Source of the DNA: a virus
Lineage: Duplodnaviria > Caudoviricetes
Virus record (IMG/VR): IMGVR_UViG_3300016478_000029
Coordinates: 1 to 37,301 of that record
Length of the DNA: 37,301 bases
Strand: one strand, 5' to 3'
Position 1 is the first letter of the stretch. Every line of letters begins with the position of its first letter. Below, in pieces: positions 16,863 to 26,436 of this stretch. Under the pieces are notes generated by a model. It made no database searches. It had not been told where the DNA came from and worked only from the letters and a program-made list of their open reading frames with translations. A program made the position numbers and the translations under genes.

Positions 16863-17111
16863 ATGACGACTGATCCGGAACTTATTAAGTATTATGAAAA
16901 TTTACTAGAGTTGTTCAATACCGAAGGATGGAAGCAGTTCCAAGAAGACATTTCCGACAATATGGAAATTCTTCAGGACATTACGACCATTCCTGACGAG
17001 AAACAATTCTGGTTTCGTCGCGGTCAAATCGAAGCAGTATCCCGTATTCTGAGCTACGAGCAAGCAATTATTAATAGCTACGAAGATTTTGAGAATGCGC
17101 AGACTATTTGA
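16863..17111 (+). CDS. Conserved post-portal hypothetical protein
   Basis: LFNTEGWKQF...FRRGQ; AAGGA RBS. Confidence 0.75.
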   Translation: MTTDPELIKYYENLLELFNTEGWKQFQEDISDNMEILQDITTIPDEKQFWFRRGQIEAVSRILSYEQAIINSYEDFENAQTI

Positions 17112-17325
17112 TTTTGAATGTGACAAAGGCCATATCTTTGAGGCATTTGTGGAGTCGGACACCCGAGAAACCCAATGTTCAGAGTGTGGTAGCAGTGCTC
17201 ATCGCTTAGTGTCAGCACCTAGTTTTAAGTTGGAAGGCTGCTCTGGCGCTTTTCCGGGGGCTTATTACAAATGGGAAACTGACCGTAAGAAGCAGATTGA
17301 GCACGAGAGGAAGCGGAACGGCTGA
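17095..17325 (+). CDS. FmdB-like zinc-ribbon protein
   Basis: FDFECDKGHIFE...CSECG...RLVSAP. Confidence 0.8.
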   Translation: MRRLFDFECDKGHIFEAFVESDTRETQCSECGSSAHRLVSAPSFKLEGCSGAFPGAYYKWETDRKKQIEHERKRNG

Positions 17326-17381
17326 TAGGTCGCAACCCGCATAATTTTATTCTGAGAATGCTGTAAAGCACAGGAGTTTAC

Positions 17382-18185
17382 ATGGCAACTATTTATAACG
17401 AAGGCGACGATAACGTCGAAAACCTAGCGGATAACGAAGAACTCGTAAATGTATCTGAAGAACAGGTTAAAGAATCCTCAGCACCGGTAGAGGAAGCTAA
17501 ACCCGCTGAAGATGATATTCCAGATCGTTACAAAAATAAAGACATCAAGGAAATCATCAGAATGCACCAAGAGGCTGAGAAAGCACTTGGACGACAAGGT
17601 TCTGAAGTAGGCGAACTGCGCCGCGTGGTTGATGATTATGTCAAAGCACAACTCGTTACCAAAAAACAACAAGCCCCGGAAAAGATCGAAGACGTTGACT
17701 TCTTCGCAGACCCAGACCAAGCAGTAGCTAAAGCTATTGAAAACCATCCCAAGATCAAAGAGGCCGAACAGCTTTCTGTTCAAATGCGCCGACAGCAGAT
17801 TCAAGCTCAACTTGCAGCAACACATCCAGACTTCCAACAAATTATCGGTAGTCCAGAGTTTGTTCAGTGGGTTACGGCATCTCCTGTGCGCAAAGAACTG
17901 TTTGCCCGCGCCGATGCGAATTACGACTTTGCAGCCGCTGACGAGATTCTGTCAGGATTCAAGGAACGTAAGGGTGTGGTTAACAACGCTGTAGCCGCTG
18001 AGAAGGCTAATCGCAGTGCTCAGATCAAACAAGCATCTACGGGAAGCGCTAAAGGTACTGGTGAAACATCTAAGAAGATTTTCCGACGTGCTGACATCAT
18101 TGAACTCATGCGCAATGACCCAGAACGCTATGAGGCTCTTCAACCTGAAATCATGAAAGCCTATGAAGAGCGTAGGGTTCGTTAA
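17382..18185 (+). CDS. Capsid scaffolding protein
   Basis: Acidic, coiled-coil protein immediately before the capsid gene. Confidence 0.8.
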   Translation: MATIYNEGDDNVENLADNEELVNVSEEQVKESSAPVEEAKPAEDDIPDRYKNKDIKEIIRMHQEAEKALGRQGSEVGELRRVVDDYVKAQLVTKKQQAPEKIEDVDFFADPDQAVAKAIENHPKIKEAEQLSVQMRRQQIQAQLAATHPDFQQIIGSPEFVQWVTASPVRKELFARADANYDFAAADEILSGFKERKGVVNNAVAAEKANRSAQIKQASTGSAKGTGETSKKIFRRADIIELMRNDPERYEALQPEIMKAYEERRVR

Positions 18186-18208
18186 AACATTCTTAAAAGG
18201 AAATTATT

Positions 18209-19123
18209 ATGGCTCTCGGTACTAACCACGTTACTAACACCACCGCTGCAACCTTCATCCCCGAACTGTGGAGTGATGAGATTGTTGCTGCTTATAAATC
18301 CAACCTCGTGATGGCCAATCTGGTCAACAAGATGTCCTTCCGTGGCAAGAAGGGTGACACTCTGCACGTTCCGAAACCTACCCGTGGCAATGCTTCGGAC
18401 AAGGCCGCTTCGACGCAAGTGACTCTGATCGCCGCTACCGAATCGGAAGTGGTTGTGAACATCAACAAGCACAAGGAATACAGCCGTCTGATCGAAGACA
18501 TCACCGAAGCACAGTCTCAGGCTTCCCTGCGTCGCTTCTACACTGCTGACGCTGGCTATGCCATCGCTAAAGCCGTTGACAGCGATCTGGTTGCTCTGGG
18601 TCGTACTGTTCAAGGTGGCTCCGGCACCAACGCCTACAACAAGGCTGTTATCGGTTCCGACGGCTCCACCCTGTACACCGCTGGTGCTTCCAACGCCGCT
18701 GCTTTGACCGACGCTGCTATCCGTAAAGTGATGCAGACTCTGGACGACCAAGACGTGCCTATGGACGGTCGTGTGCTGGTGTTGCCTCCCGTCGCTCGTA
18801 ACACGCTGCTGGGTCTGGCTCGCTTCACCGAACAAGCCTTCACCGGCGAAGTTGGTGGCGGTAACAGCATCCGCAACGGTCAGATCGGTGACATCTACGG
18901 CGTGAAAGTGTATGTGTCCACCAATGCTGACACCACCAGCGCTTCTGACCGTATTGGCCTGATGTTCCACAAGGACGCTTTCGTTCTGGCTGAACAGATG
19001 GGTGTCCGTTCGCAAACTCAGTACAAGCAGGAATACCTCGGTACCCTGTTCACCGCTGACATGCTGTACGGTGTGGCTGAAATGCGTGACAACGCTGCTG
19101 TTGCCATCGCTATTCCGGCCTAA
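18209..19123 (+). CDS. Major capsid protein
   Basis: FIPELWS, KGDTLHVP, ADMLYGV; strongly biased codons; terminator follows. Confidence 0.93.
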   Translation: MALGTNHVTNTTAATFIPELWSDEIVAAYKSNLVMANLVNKMSFRGKKGDTLHVPKPTRGNASDKAASTQVTLIAATESEVVVNINKHKEYSRLIEDITEAQSQASLRRFYTADAGYAIAKAVDSDLVALGRTVQGGSGTNAYNKAVIGSDGSTLYTAGASNAAALTDAAIRKVMQTLDDQDVPMDGRVLVLPPVARNTLLGLARFTEQAFTGEVGGGNSIRNGQIGDIYGVKVYVSTNADTTSASDRIGLMFHKDAFVLAEQMGVRSQTQYKQEYLGTLFTADMLYGVAEMRDNAAVAIAIPA

Positions 19124-19131
19124 TAGCTGAA

Positions 19132-19165
19132 AGGGGAGGACTTCTTCGGAGGTCTTCCCTCTTTT
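19132..19165 (+). terminator. Intrinsic terminator after the capsid gene
   Basis: Stem with TTCG loop followed by a T tract. Confidence 0.8.
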
Positions 19166-19207
19166 GTTAAGTATATTTGACAAAGTGTACTTACTGAAAG
19201 GAAAACA

Positions 19208-19366
19208 ATGGCTATTTTCAAGTGTAAAGTTAGTGGGAACACTGTCGAATTCAAACAACAACACGACATTGATCAAATGCGACAGCATCCCGGATACGAA
19301 GAGGTGGTAGAGGTAGTTAAAGCACCTACACCCCCTGTTAAAAAACAAGAGAAGAAGGCTGAGTAA
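19208..19366 (+). CDS. Small hypothetical protein (52 aa)
   Basis: Hand translation MAIFKCKVSGNTVEFKQQHDIDQMRQHPGYEEV...; AAGGA RBS; TAATG overlap. Confidence 0.7.
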   Translation: MAIFKCKVSGNTVEFKQQHDIDQMRQHPGYEEVVEVVKAPTPPVKKQEKKAE

Positions 19367-19881
19367 TGGAAACTAAATGGTGTTATCATTGTTCTTCACA
19401 AAAACCTTTAACATCATTTAGCCAAAACAAAAGTAAAAAAGATGGCCTCGCTGATGAATGTTTAGATTGTAAAAGACAAAGAGACCGTGAGTACGCTAAG
19501 AAGCACAGAGAAGAAGCCAAAAAAAGAGCTTCAGAGTGGTTTACTGCAAATAAACACGATCCTGTCTTCATGAAACGTTTTAAAGAAAATCAAAAACGTT
19601 ATCAAGCAAAGACTAAAGATAAACACGCAGCTATACAAGCAAAACGAAGAGCTTCAAAACTACTAGCAACTCCTAAATGGTTGTCTGAGGCACAATTAAA
19701 AGATATACAGACAGAGTATGCTTTGAGAGACTGGTGCTCTAAGGTCATGGGAATAGAGTTTCATGTAGATCATATTGTCCCATTAAAAGGAGAAGAGGTC
19801 TGTGGCTTGCATGTTCCGTGGAATTTGAGGGTTATACCGGCTAAGGTAAACTTGACAAAAGGAAACAAACATGTGGTGTGA
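19366..19881 (+). CDS. HNH homing endonuclease
   Basis: CYHC..CLDC N-terminus; HVDHIVPL..VCGLHVPWNL...N. Confidence 0.9.
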   Translation: METKWCYHCSSQKPLTSFSQNKSKKDGLADECLDCKRQRDREYAKKHREEAKKRASEWFTANKHDPVFMKRFKENQKRYQAKTKDKHAAIQAKRRASKLLATPKWLSEAQLKDIQTEYALRDWCSKVMGIEFHVDHIVPLKGEEVCGLHVPWNLRVIPAKVNLTKGNKHVV

Positions 19882-20902
19882 TTTTCCAAAGAATAAACAT
19901 CTTAAGCAATCTTATTATCGTGGAGTAGGCGGGGCTGGAGATGCTGTCAATGACGCATCCATCTCGCAAGTAACACAAGCACAGGTTGCTGCAGAAACAG
20001 CTGCGAACACTGCCACGGTAAAGGCTAACGAGGCTTCTACCAGTGCTACAGCAGCGGCTACGTATGCCAGTGCATCACAAAGCAGCGCCAATGCAGCAGC
20101 GACAAGCAAAAACGAAGCAGCAGCTCTGGTAGCTTCTGTTAGCTCTGTTGCAGCCGACGTAGCGGCAGCGGCGGCATCAGCAACTGCAGCGGCTACCAGC
20201 GAGACAAACGCAGCCAGCAGCGCCTCAGCAGCGTCTACCAGCGCCACAGCAGCGTCTACCAGCTCTACCAATGCAGCGTCCAGCGCAACATCATCGGCCT
20301 CCAATGCTACCAGCGCGGCTAACAGTGCATCTGCAGCTGCTACCAGTGCTACGTCGGCAGCGTCTTCGGCAACATCAGCGACATCCTCAGCTACCGCAGC
20401 GGGTGTTAGTGCTACGGCAGCAGCAGCATCAGCGTCAGCAGCGTCTACAAGTGAGACTAATGCAGCTTCCAGTTCGTCATCTGCGTCTACCAGTGCTTCC
20501 AGTGCCTCGACATCAGCAACAGCAGCAGCTACATCAGCTACCAATGCAGCATCCAGTGCAACGTCATCAGCCTCCAGTGCTACCAGTGCAGCCTCTAGCG
20601 CCTCTGCAGCGTCAACAAGTGAGAGTAATGCTTCTACTAGCGCATCTAACGCTTCAACGAGTGCAACAGCAGCTGCGTCATCAGCAACCGCTGCTGCCAC
20701 AAGTGCAACAAACGCTGCTTCTAGTGCTTCTGCTGCTGCTACTAGCGCGACTAACGCAGGAATAAGCGCCTCTAACTCCGCATCGTCGGCTACAGCGGCT
20801 GCATCATCAGCTACCAGCGCAGCAACAAGTTATAGTAATCTGTTATCCACTCTTTCTACATACATCACTGTGACAGACACCATCAACGGTGGCTCATTCT
20901 AA
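19871..20902 (+). CDS. Ala/Ser/Thr-repeat fiber-like virion protein
   Basis: Repeats such as AASSASAASTSETN; ends INGGSF. Confidence 0.75.
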   Translation: MWCDFPKNKHLKQSYYRGVGGAGDAVNDASISQVTQAQVAAETAANTATVKANEASTSATAAATYASASQSSANAAATSKNEAAALVASVSSVAADVAAAAASATAAATSETNAASSASAASTSATAASTSSTNAASSATSSASNATSAANSASAAATSATSAASSATSATSSATAAGVSATAAAASASAASTSETNAASSSSSASTSASSASTSATAAATSATNAASSATSSASSATSAASSASAASTSESNASTSASNASTSATAAASSATAAATSATNAASSASAAATSATNAGISASNSASSATAAASSATSAATSYSNLLSTLSTYITVTDTINGGSF

Positions 20903-20911
20903 GGAAATCTA

Positions 20912-22990
20912 ATGGCAAATACAATCATCACGAAAAACAGCAGCACTGCGGCATCAGTGCCTAGTGCTGGTTCTTTGACGCAAGGTGAACTGGCTGTTAA
21001 CGTAACGGATAAACGACTGTACACAAAAGACAGTGGTGGTAACGTTGTCGAGGTGGGTACAAATCCGTCTACGATGGCTGTTGCTGGTAATGCAACTGTA
21101 GGCGGTACTCTGGGTGTTACTGGCGTAGCTACTTTGACGGCTAACCCTGTTCTTTCTGCGGGAACCGCCAACGGCCTAGCATTCTTGAATGCGTCCAAAG
21201 TCCTGACCAGTGGCAGTGCGCTGACGTTTGATGGGACTAGTGTGATGACCATGACGGCCAGCGATTTGCCTCGATTAAAGTTTGTAGGTTCTACTGGCGG
21301 TGGAAACGGATGGATTGATACGTATGGAACTTCGCTTCGTCTTGTAAACAATACAGCAAGCGGGACTACATCAATACAAGGCAATGGACAAATTGATTTG
21401 TCGACTGCTGGTGGTTATCCGATTGTCTTTACTACAAGCGGCTCCGAACAAATGCGCCTGACCTCCACAGGTCTTGGCATTGGGACGAGTTCGCCGGGTG
21501 TTAAGTTGGATGTCTCGGGTCAAGGTCGTATCTTGTATGGCACTGGCGCAACAAACACTGGCGATCAATCGGTCTTGACTGTCGGAGCAGTAACGACTGG
21601 TGCCTATGCATCTTCGTATGGTGCCGGTCTTCAATTTCAGATCACAAACTCTGGCGGCGGATACTCCGGTGGCCGCATCGTCAGCCGATTGGGCGCGGAC
21701 AACTTCACTGCAAACCTTGTATTCCAAGCGCGGAACTACGGGTTTGCGGACAGTATGGTGCTCAACTCCTCCGGCAACCTCGGCCTCGGGGTGACGCCGA
21801 GTGCTTGGAGTTCAAAAGCTTTTGAAACTGGTTATGCGGGTTCGGCTGTTTGCGGGCGTGCTGTCAACACCACGGACTATACGCAGGGCGCTTATTTCAA
21901 CAGCGGTTGGAAGTACGCAAATAGCTCTTACGCACCTGCCGTGTACGAACAGCAAAGTGGCGCTCACTATTGGCTCACCGCCCCCTCCGGCACAGCAGGC
22001 AACGCCATCAGCTTTACGCAGGCTATGACGCTGGATGCGAGTGGGCGTTTGTTAATTGGTCTTACAAGCAGTATTGCTAGTAATGGTGTGGCTCAAATTG
22101 GTGGAAACGCAGATACACGACTAATTGTTGATGGTAGTTCTACGCAAGGTATCTACTTCACCAAATCTGGCGCTGATAACGGAACCTTTCGAGTTGATGG
22201 TTCTGGTAATTACAACTGGTTTGTTAAGGGTGCTGGCTCTGCGAACATGACGCTGGATGCGAGTGGGCGTTTAGGGGTTGGTCGTACTTCTCCTAGCTAT
22301 ATGCTGGATGTTGAAAACGCTACTCAAGCAGATATGCGTTTGTTAGCAACAGGCAACGTTGATTTTCTGATTTCGTCTATTGCATCTGGTCTTGAGGCAC
22401 GCTTTACAAAAACAGGTGGTGCTGGCCCTATCACGTTCTACAACGGTGGCTCCGAACGCGCCCGCATCGACTCCAGCGGTAACTTGCTGAGGGGGCAAAC
22501 GATTTCCGGAAACACCAATGGCAACGGCTTCTACTCAGATACAGCGGGCTACTTTGGACAAAATCACATTAACGGAACAGCTTCTGGGGCCGTTTATGCG
22601 TATTTTGGGTACAACGGCGCAACCATCGGCTCCATCACCCAAAATGGCACCACAGGCGTTCTGTACAACCTGACCTCTGACTACCGACTCAAAAACAATC
22701 CTGTTGCTTTGACTGGTGCAAAAGCCTTTGTGATGGCTTTGCAACCTAAGACATGGGACTGGTGGGATGGATCTGGTAAGGGTGTTGGCTTTATCGCTCA
22801 CGAATTCATGGAAGTTGCAAAGTATTCTGGCAACGGGACAAAAGATGAGGTGGACGCTGAAGGTAAGCCTGTGTATCAGTCTATCCAACCTTCTAGCTCT
22901 GAAGTGATGGCAAACCTTGTGGCCTTGATTCAAGAGCAACAAGCCATCATCGAATCACTCAAGGCACGTTTGGATGCCGCTAACCTGTAA
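20912..22990 (+). CDS. Tail fiber with C-terminal intramolecular chaperone (peptidase S74)
   Basis: GELAVN N-terminus; repeated MTLDASG/ERARIDSSGN units; SDYRLK cleavage motif; GFIAHE; terminal coiled coil. Confidence 0.9.
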   Translation: MANTIITKNSSTAASVPSAGSLTQGELAVNVTDKRLYTKDSGGNVVEVGTNPSTMAVAGNATVGGTLGVTGVATLTANPVLSAGTANGLAFLNASKVLTSGSALTFDGTSVMTMTASDLPRLKFVGSTGGGNGWIDTYGTSLRLVNNTASGTTSIQGNGQIDLSTAGGYPIVFTTSGSEQMRLTSTGLGIGTSSPGVKLDVSGQGRILYGTGATNTGDQSVLTVGAVTTGAYASSYGAGLQFQITNSGGGYSGGRIVSRLGADNFTANLVFQARNYGFADSMVLNSSGNLGLGVTPSAWSSKAFETGYAGSAVCGRAVNTTDYTQGAYFNSGWKYANSSYAPAVYEQQSGAHYWLTAPSGTAGNAISFTQAMTLDASGRLLIGLTSSIASNGVAQIGGNADTRLIVDGSSTQGIYFTKSGADNGTFRVDGSGNYNWFVKGAGSANMTLDASGRLGVGRTSPSYMLDVENATQADMRLLATGNVDFLISSIASGLEARFTKTGGAGPITFYNGGSERARIDSSGNLLRGQTISGNTNGNGFYSDTAGYFGQNHINGTASGAVYAYFGYNGATIGSITQNGTTGVLYNLTSDYRLKNNPVALTGAKAFVMALQPKTWDWWDGSGKGVGFIAHEFMEVAKYSGNGTKDEVDAEGKPVYQSIQPSSSEVMANLVALIQEQQAIIESLKARLDAANL
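22025..22272 (+). repeat. 26-bp exact direct repeat in the tail fiber gene
   Basis: ATGACGCTGGATGCGAGTGGGCGTTT at 22025-22050 and 22247-22272. Confidence 0.9.
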
Positions 22991-23001
22991 AGGAAACTGA
23001 A

Positions 23002-23304
23002 ATGACTATCTCTTGGAAAATCTCCCAACTTGACCGTAAAACTGCTGATGGTTTCGTAACCACTGCTCACTGGATTTGCTCTGGTGTGGAGGTCAGCGGT
23101 AGCGAAGAGTTCTCTGGCAGCGTCTATGCCTCTTGTGGCTTTGAGGGTGAACTGTCTATCCCTTACGAGTCACTGACTGAAGCTACTGTCCTTGAGTGGG
23201 TATGGGCTAAGGTTGACAAAGCTGCTACGGAAGCTGCTGTGCTGGCTCAGATTGAGGCTCAGAAGAACCCCGTAAGTGCATCTGGCACACCTTGGAGTAA
23301 ATAA
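23002..23304 (+). CDS. Tail fiber-associated protein
   Basis: WKISQLDR..VTTAHW..IPYESLTE..VLEWV..GTPW; follows the fiber gene. Confidence 0.7.
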   Translation: MTISWKISQLDRKTADGFVTTAHWICSGVEVSGSEEFSGSVYASCGFEGELSIPYESLTEATVLEWVWAKVDKAATEAAVLAQIEAQKNPVSASGTPWSK

Positions 23305-23513
23305 TGACAGAGCCGATAGATCCTGTAGAGTATGGGAAACTATTGGCTAAGGTTGAAGGTTTAGAGGCTAAGATTGTAGGGATGGATAATGACATCAAGA
23401 CTCTCTTAGCCCTAGCCAACCAAAGCAAGGGTGGTTTCTGGATGGGAATGGCTATAGCATCCTTTGCTGGTGGTATCATCACTTGGTTTGCTAATCATCT
23501 AATTAAAGGATAA
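23304..23513 (+). CDS. Small coiled-coil protein with C-terminal transmembrane segment
   Basis: LLALANQSKGGFWMGMAIAS. Confidence 0.7.
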   Translation: MTEPIDPVEYGKLLAKVEGLEAKIVGMDNDIKTLLALANQSKGGFWMGMAIASFAGGIITWFANHLIKG

Positions 23514-23518
23514 CAAAC

Positions 23519-23680
23519 ATGGCTACTAAAGCTCAAAAGAAAACCGGTAAGGTTATGCACGAATACAAAACAGGTACTCTGCACAGTGGCAAAGGTGGCC
23601 CTGTTGTTACAAATCGTAAGCAGGCCATTGCCATTGCTCTGTCAGAGGCCGGTAAAGCTAAGAAAACGAAGAAGAAATGA
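23519..23680 (+). CDS. DUF6496-like basic protein (53 aa)
   Basis: Hand translation KVMHEYKTGTLHSGKGGPVVTNRKQAIAIALSEA; AAGGA RBS. Confidence 0.8.
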   Translation: MATKAQKKTGKVMHEYKTGTLHSGKGGPVVTNRKQAIAIALSEAGKAKKTKKK

Positions 23681-24024
23681 AACAGTCGGTAGGTAAACAG
23701 CTGACAGCGGGTACAGCGAACACTTTATTCATTGTACCTACTGGTTATAAAGCCATTGTTTCCATGCTTTTCATCTCTAATCTGGATGCCAATAACAAAA
23801 CAACATCAGCACAATGGTATCAAAACGACACTGCTACAAGTATCTATATAATTCAGCAGTATCCTATGGCTTCCCATACCTATATTCAGTTTAGCAATGG
23901 TGAGTTGGTGCTTCAAAGTGGTGATAAAATACTTATAACACCAGAAGCAGGGTCTACTCAGAGTGCTATGGCAACATTCGATCTGATAAAGCAAGGAACT
24001 GTACCGTATATTGCATACAGTTAA
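23677..24024 (+). CDS. Hypothetical beta-rich structural protein
   Basis: LFIVPTGY...LVLQSGDKI; ATGA overlap. Confidence 0.65.
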   Translation: MKQSVGKQLTAGTANTLFIVPTGYKAIVSMLFISNLDANNKTTSAQWYQNDTATSIYIIQQYPMASHTYIQFSNGELVLQSGDKILITPEAGSTQSAMATFDLIKQGTVPYIAYS

Positions 24025-24062
24025 GCATATATCTGTTATACTCATTGTATTAGGAATAACAA

Positions 24063-24710
24063 ATGACGTACCTAGAAATCATCAATGCGGTGCTGCGCAG
24101 ATTGCGTGAAACCGAAGTCACTGATGTTAATGAAACTGATTATTCAAAACTGATCGGTGAGTATGTTAACAGCGTGAAAAAAGAAGTGGAAGCTGCTTGG
24201 GACTGGAATGCTCTACGAACCACCCTTTCTGTTAATACTACTGACGGGGTGTTTAATTACACGTTGGGTGGTAGTGGTAGTCGATTCCGTTTGTCCGATG
24301 TGGTAAACGACACATCAAATTACTTGTTGCAGCCTCGTTCTGCACAGTGGATGAACCAGCGATTCCTCACAACAGACGTTTCTCGCAGTGCACCGTCCTT
24401 CTATGGCTTTAACGGCACAGACAGCAATGGAGACAGCAAAGTTGATCTGTACCCTATCCCCGACGGTGTGTACTCTGTTAGATTCAACGTCACTATCCCT
24501 CAAGATGATCTGTCAGCAAACACTGATGTGTTGCAGGTGCCTTATGAGCCTGTTGTTCTCGGTGCGCTGGCACGAGCGATCAGCGAACGAGGTGAAGACG
24601 GTGGTCGCTTGAGTAATGATCAATACATGCTCTACCGCAGTGCTTTGGCTGATGAAATCGCCATTGAAGCTGGTCGGTTTAGCGATGAAACCCTCTGGTA
24701 TACAGTATAA
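24063..24710 (+). CDS. Head-tail adaptor (tail tubular protein A-like)
   Basis: MTYLEIINAVLRRL, WDW and LYPIPD; gene order. Confidence 0.8.
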   Translation: MTYLEIINAVLRRLRETEVTDVNETDYSKLIGEYVNSVKKEVEAAWDWNALRTTLSVNTTDGVFNYTLGGSGSRFRLSDVVNDTSNYLLQPRSAQWMNQRFLTTDVSRSAPSFYGFNGTDSNGDSKVDLYPIPDGVYSVRFNVTIPQDDLSANTDVLQVPYEPVVLGALARAISERGEDGGRLSNDQYMLYRSALADEIAIEAGRFSDETLWYTV

Positions 24711-26224
24711 TGACAGCATCCGCATTAACTCCCATTACAATTTCCGCACCCGGCTTCTATGGGCTTAATAGTCAGGAAGGGGCTGTTGCAGTAGGTGAGA
24801 ACTTCGCACTTGTTGCAGATAATGCGGTTATTGATACATACGGACGTATCGGTGCTCGTAAGGGCTACGTCCTCTTCTCTGACACCGATGCTGCTGACAC
24901 CGTACAGTGCATCCATGAGCATGTTAACCAAGACGGAACAACCTCGCTGTTCTTTGCTGGCGGTAACAAGTTCTACAGCCTTGCCGCTGACGGTGTGGTA
25001 ACAGAAGAGTATACACACGCAGGAACAGGTGTTACAGGAAATTGGCAGAGCATGTCGTTTAACGGTGATGCTTATTTCTTTGAAGAAGGACAGAACCCCG
25101 TTGTTAATAACGTAGGTGTCGGCTGGAACACACTGAACAGCTACGCAACAATGCCTACGGGTGTTACTACTGCTGGTGTTGGTCTGTCAGCATACGGTCG
25201 TATCTGGATGGCACGTACCAACCTGAACAAAACCACAGTGCATTGGTCTGATACGTTGATCGGTACGGATTTCACCGGAGGCACTGCAGGCGCTATTGAC
25301 CTCGAATTCGTGTTCACCAACGGTACCGATGAGATTGTTCATCTGGCAGCGTTTAACGGGTCTTTGGTGGTGTTCTGTAAGAAATCCATCAGCATCTATG
25401 ATGGCGCACAAGACCCCGCTACAATGGCTCTGAGGGACGTTATTGACGGTGTGGGCTGCGTTGCTAGGGATTCCGTACAGGACATTGGCACAGACCTAAT
25501 CTTTGTGTCTGATACGGGTGTTAGAAGCCTCGGTCGTGTTATTCAAGAAAAGAGTAGCCCGATGCGAGACCTATCAAAGAACGTTCGTGACCAATTCCTC
25601 GCAGAACTCTCTGGTGAAGCTGGTGTTATCAAGAGTGCATACTACGAGAAAGAAGCATTCTACCTTGTTACCATACCGACACTGCAGAAAGTATGGTGCT
25701 TTGATCTACGCTCTCAGTTGCAGGACGGATCATTCAGGGTAACAACTTGGTCTTCGATAACACCGACAGCATTCTGTGTTAGCCGAAGCCGCACGTTGTA
25801 TCTGGGTACATCGCTTCGAGTTAGTAAATATGATGGTTATCAGGACAATGGTGCTGCGTACACAATGTCATATTACACAACGTATATGGACGTAGGTGCT
25901 CCATCTAACCTGAAGATGCTCAAAGATGCTTCGTTCATTATCATCGGTGGCAGTGGGTCTACTATCTCTGTTAAATGGGACGTAGATTATGGCTCTAACT
26001 ACACTTCACGGGTGTTTTCATTCCCTAATAGCGCTGCTGGTGAGTTTGGAGTAGATGAATACACCGTAGCTGAGTTTTCTGTTGGTGAGATTATTAACAG
26101 GAAATCAATTAACTTGTCCAAAACAGGGCGTGTGTTTCAGCTTGGTTTTGAATCACAGATCAATGGCAGTCCATTATCCATTCAACAGATTAGCATATTC
26201 GTTAAAGGCGGGAGAACCGTATGA
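24710..26224 (+). CDS. Tail nozzle/stabilization protein (P22 gp10-like)
   Basis: Beta-propeller-like sequence with GVGCVARDS; follows the adaptor. Confidence 0.8.
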   Translation: MTASALTPITISAPGFYGLNSQEGAVAVGENFALVADNAVIDTYGRIGARKGYVLFSDTDAADTVQCIHEHVNQDGTTSLFFAGGNKFYSLAADGVVTEEYTHAGTGVTGNWQSMSFNGDAYFFEEGQNPVVNNVGVGWNTLNSYATMPTGVTTAGVGLSAYGRIWMARTNLNKTTVHWSDTLIGTDFTGGTAGAIDLEFVFTNGTDEIVHLAAFNGSLVVFCKKSISIYDGAQDPATMALRDVIDGVGCVARDSVQDIGTDLIFVSDTGVRSLGRVIQEKSSPMRDLSKNVRDQFLAELSGEAGVIKSAYYEKEAFYLVTIPTLQKVWCFDLRSQLQDGSFRVTTWSSITPTAFCVSRSRTLYLGTSLRVSKYDGYQDNGAAYTMSYYTTYMDVGAPSNLKMLKDASFIIIGGSGSTISVKWDVDYGSNYTSRVFSFPNSAAGEFGVDEYTVAEFSVGEIINRKSINLSKTGRVFQLGFESQINGSPLSIQQISIFVKGGRTV

Positions 26225-26436
26225 GTTCATATACAAAGACGACGAACTTCACAGCAAAGGATACGTTGCCTAGCGGTAACGCAAATAAGAAGGTTCGTGG
26301 TGCTGAATTTGACACAGAATTCAACAACATTCAAACAGCTGTTAACACCAAGGCAGACAAAGCATCTCCTACCTTCACCGGTACTGTGACTCTTCCTACT
26401 GTAGACGGTGCAACAATTAGTGGAGGTACGTACTGA
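26221..26436 (+). CDS. Small tail protein
   Basis: EFDTEFNNI..KADKASPTFTG. Confidence 0.7.
   Translation: MSSYTKTTNFTAKDTLPSGNANKKVRGAEFDTEFNNIQTAVNTKADKASPTFTGTVTLPTVDGATISGGTY

Noticed and set aside
18182-19348. 388-aa antisense ORF over the capsid gene
   Set aside because: Shadow ORF expected from strong codon bias; no motifs or RBS.
19366-19920. Group I intron or intein around the HNH gene
   Set aside because: No room for a ribozyme core and no intein splice-junction motifs.
19915-20700. 261-aa antisense Ala-rich ORF
   Set aside because: Mirror of the low-complexity repeat on the plus strand.
20912-22990. Diversity-generating retroelement acting on the tail fiber
   Set aside because: No reverse transcriptase and no template/variable repeat pair seen.
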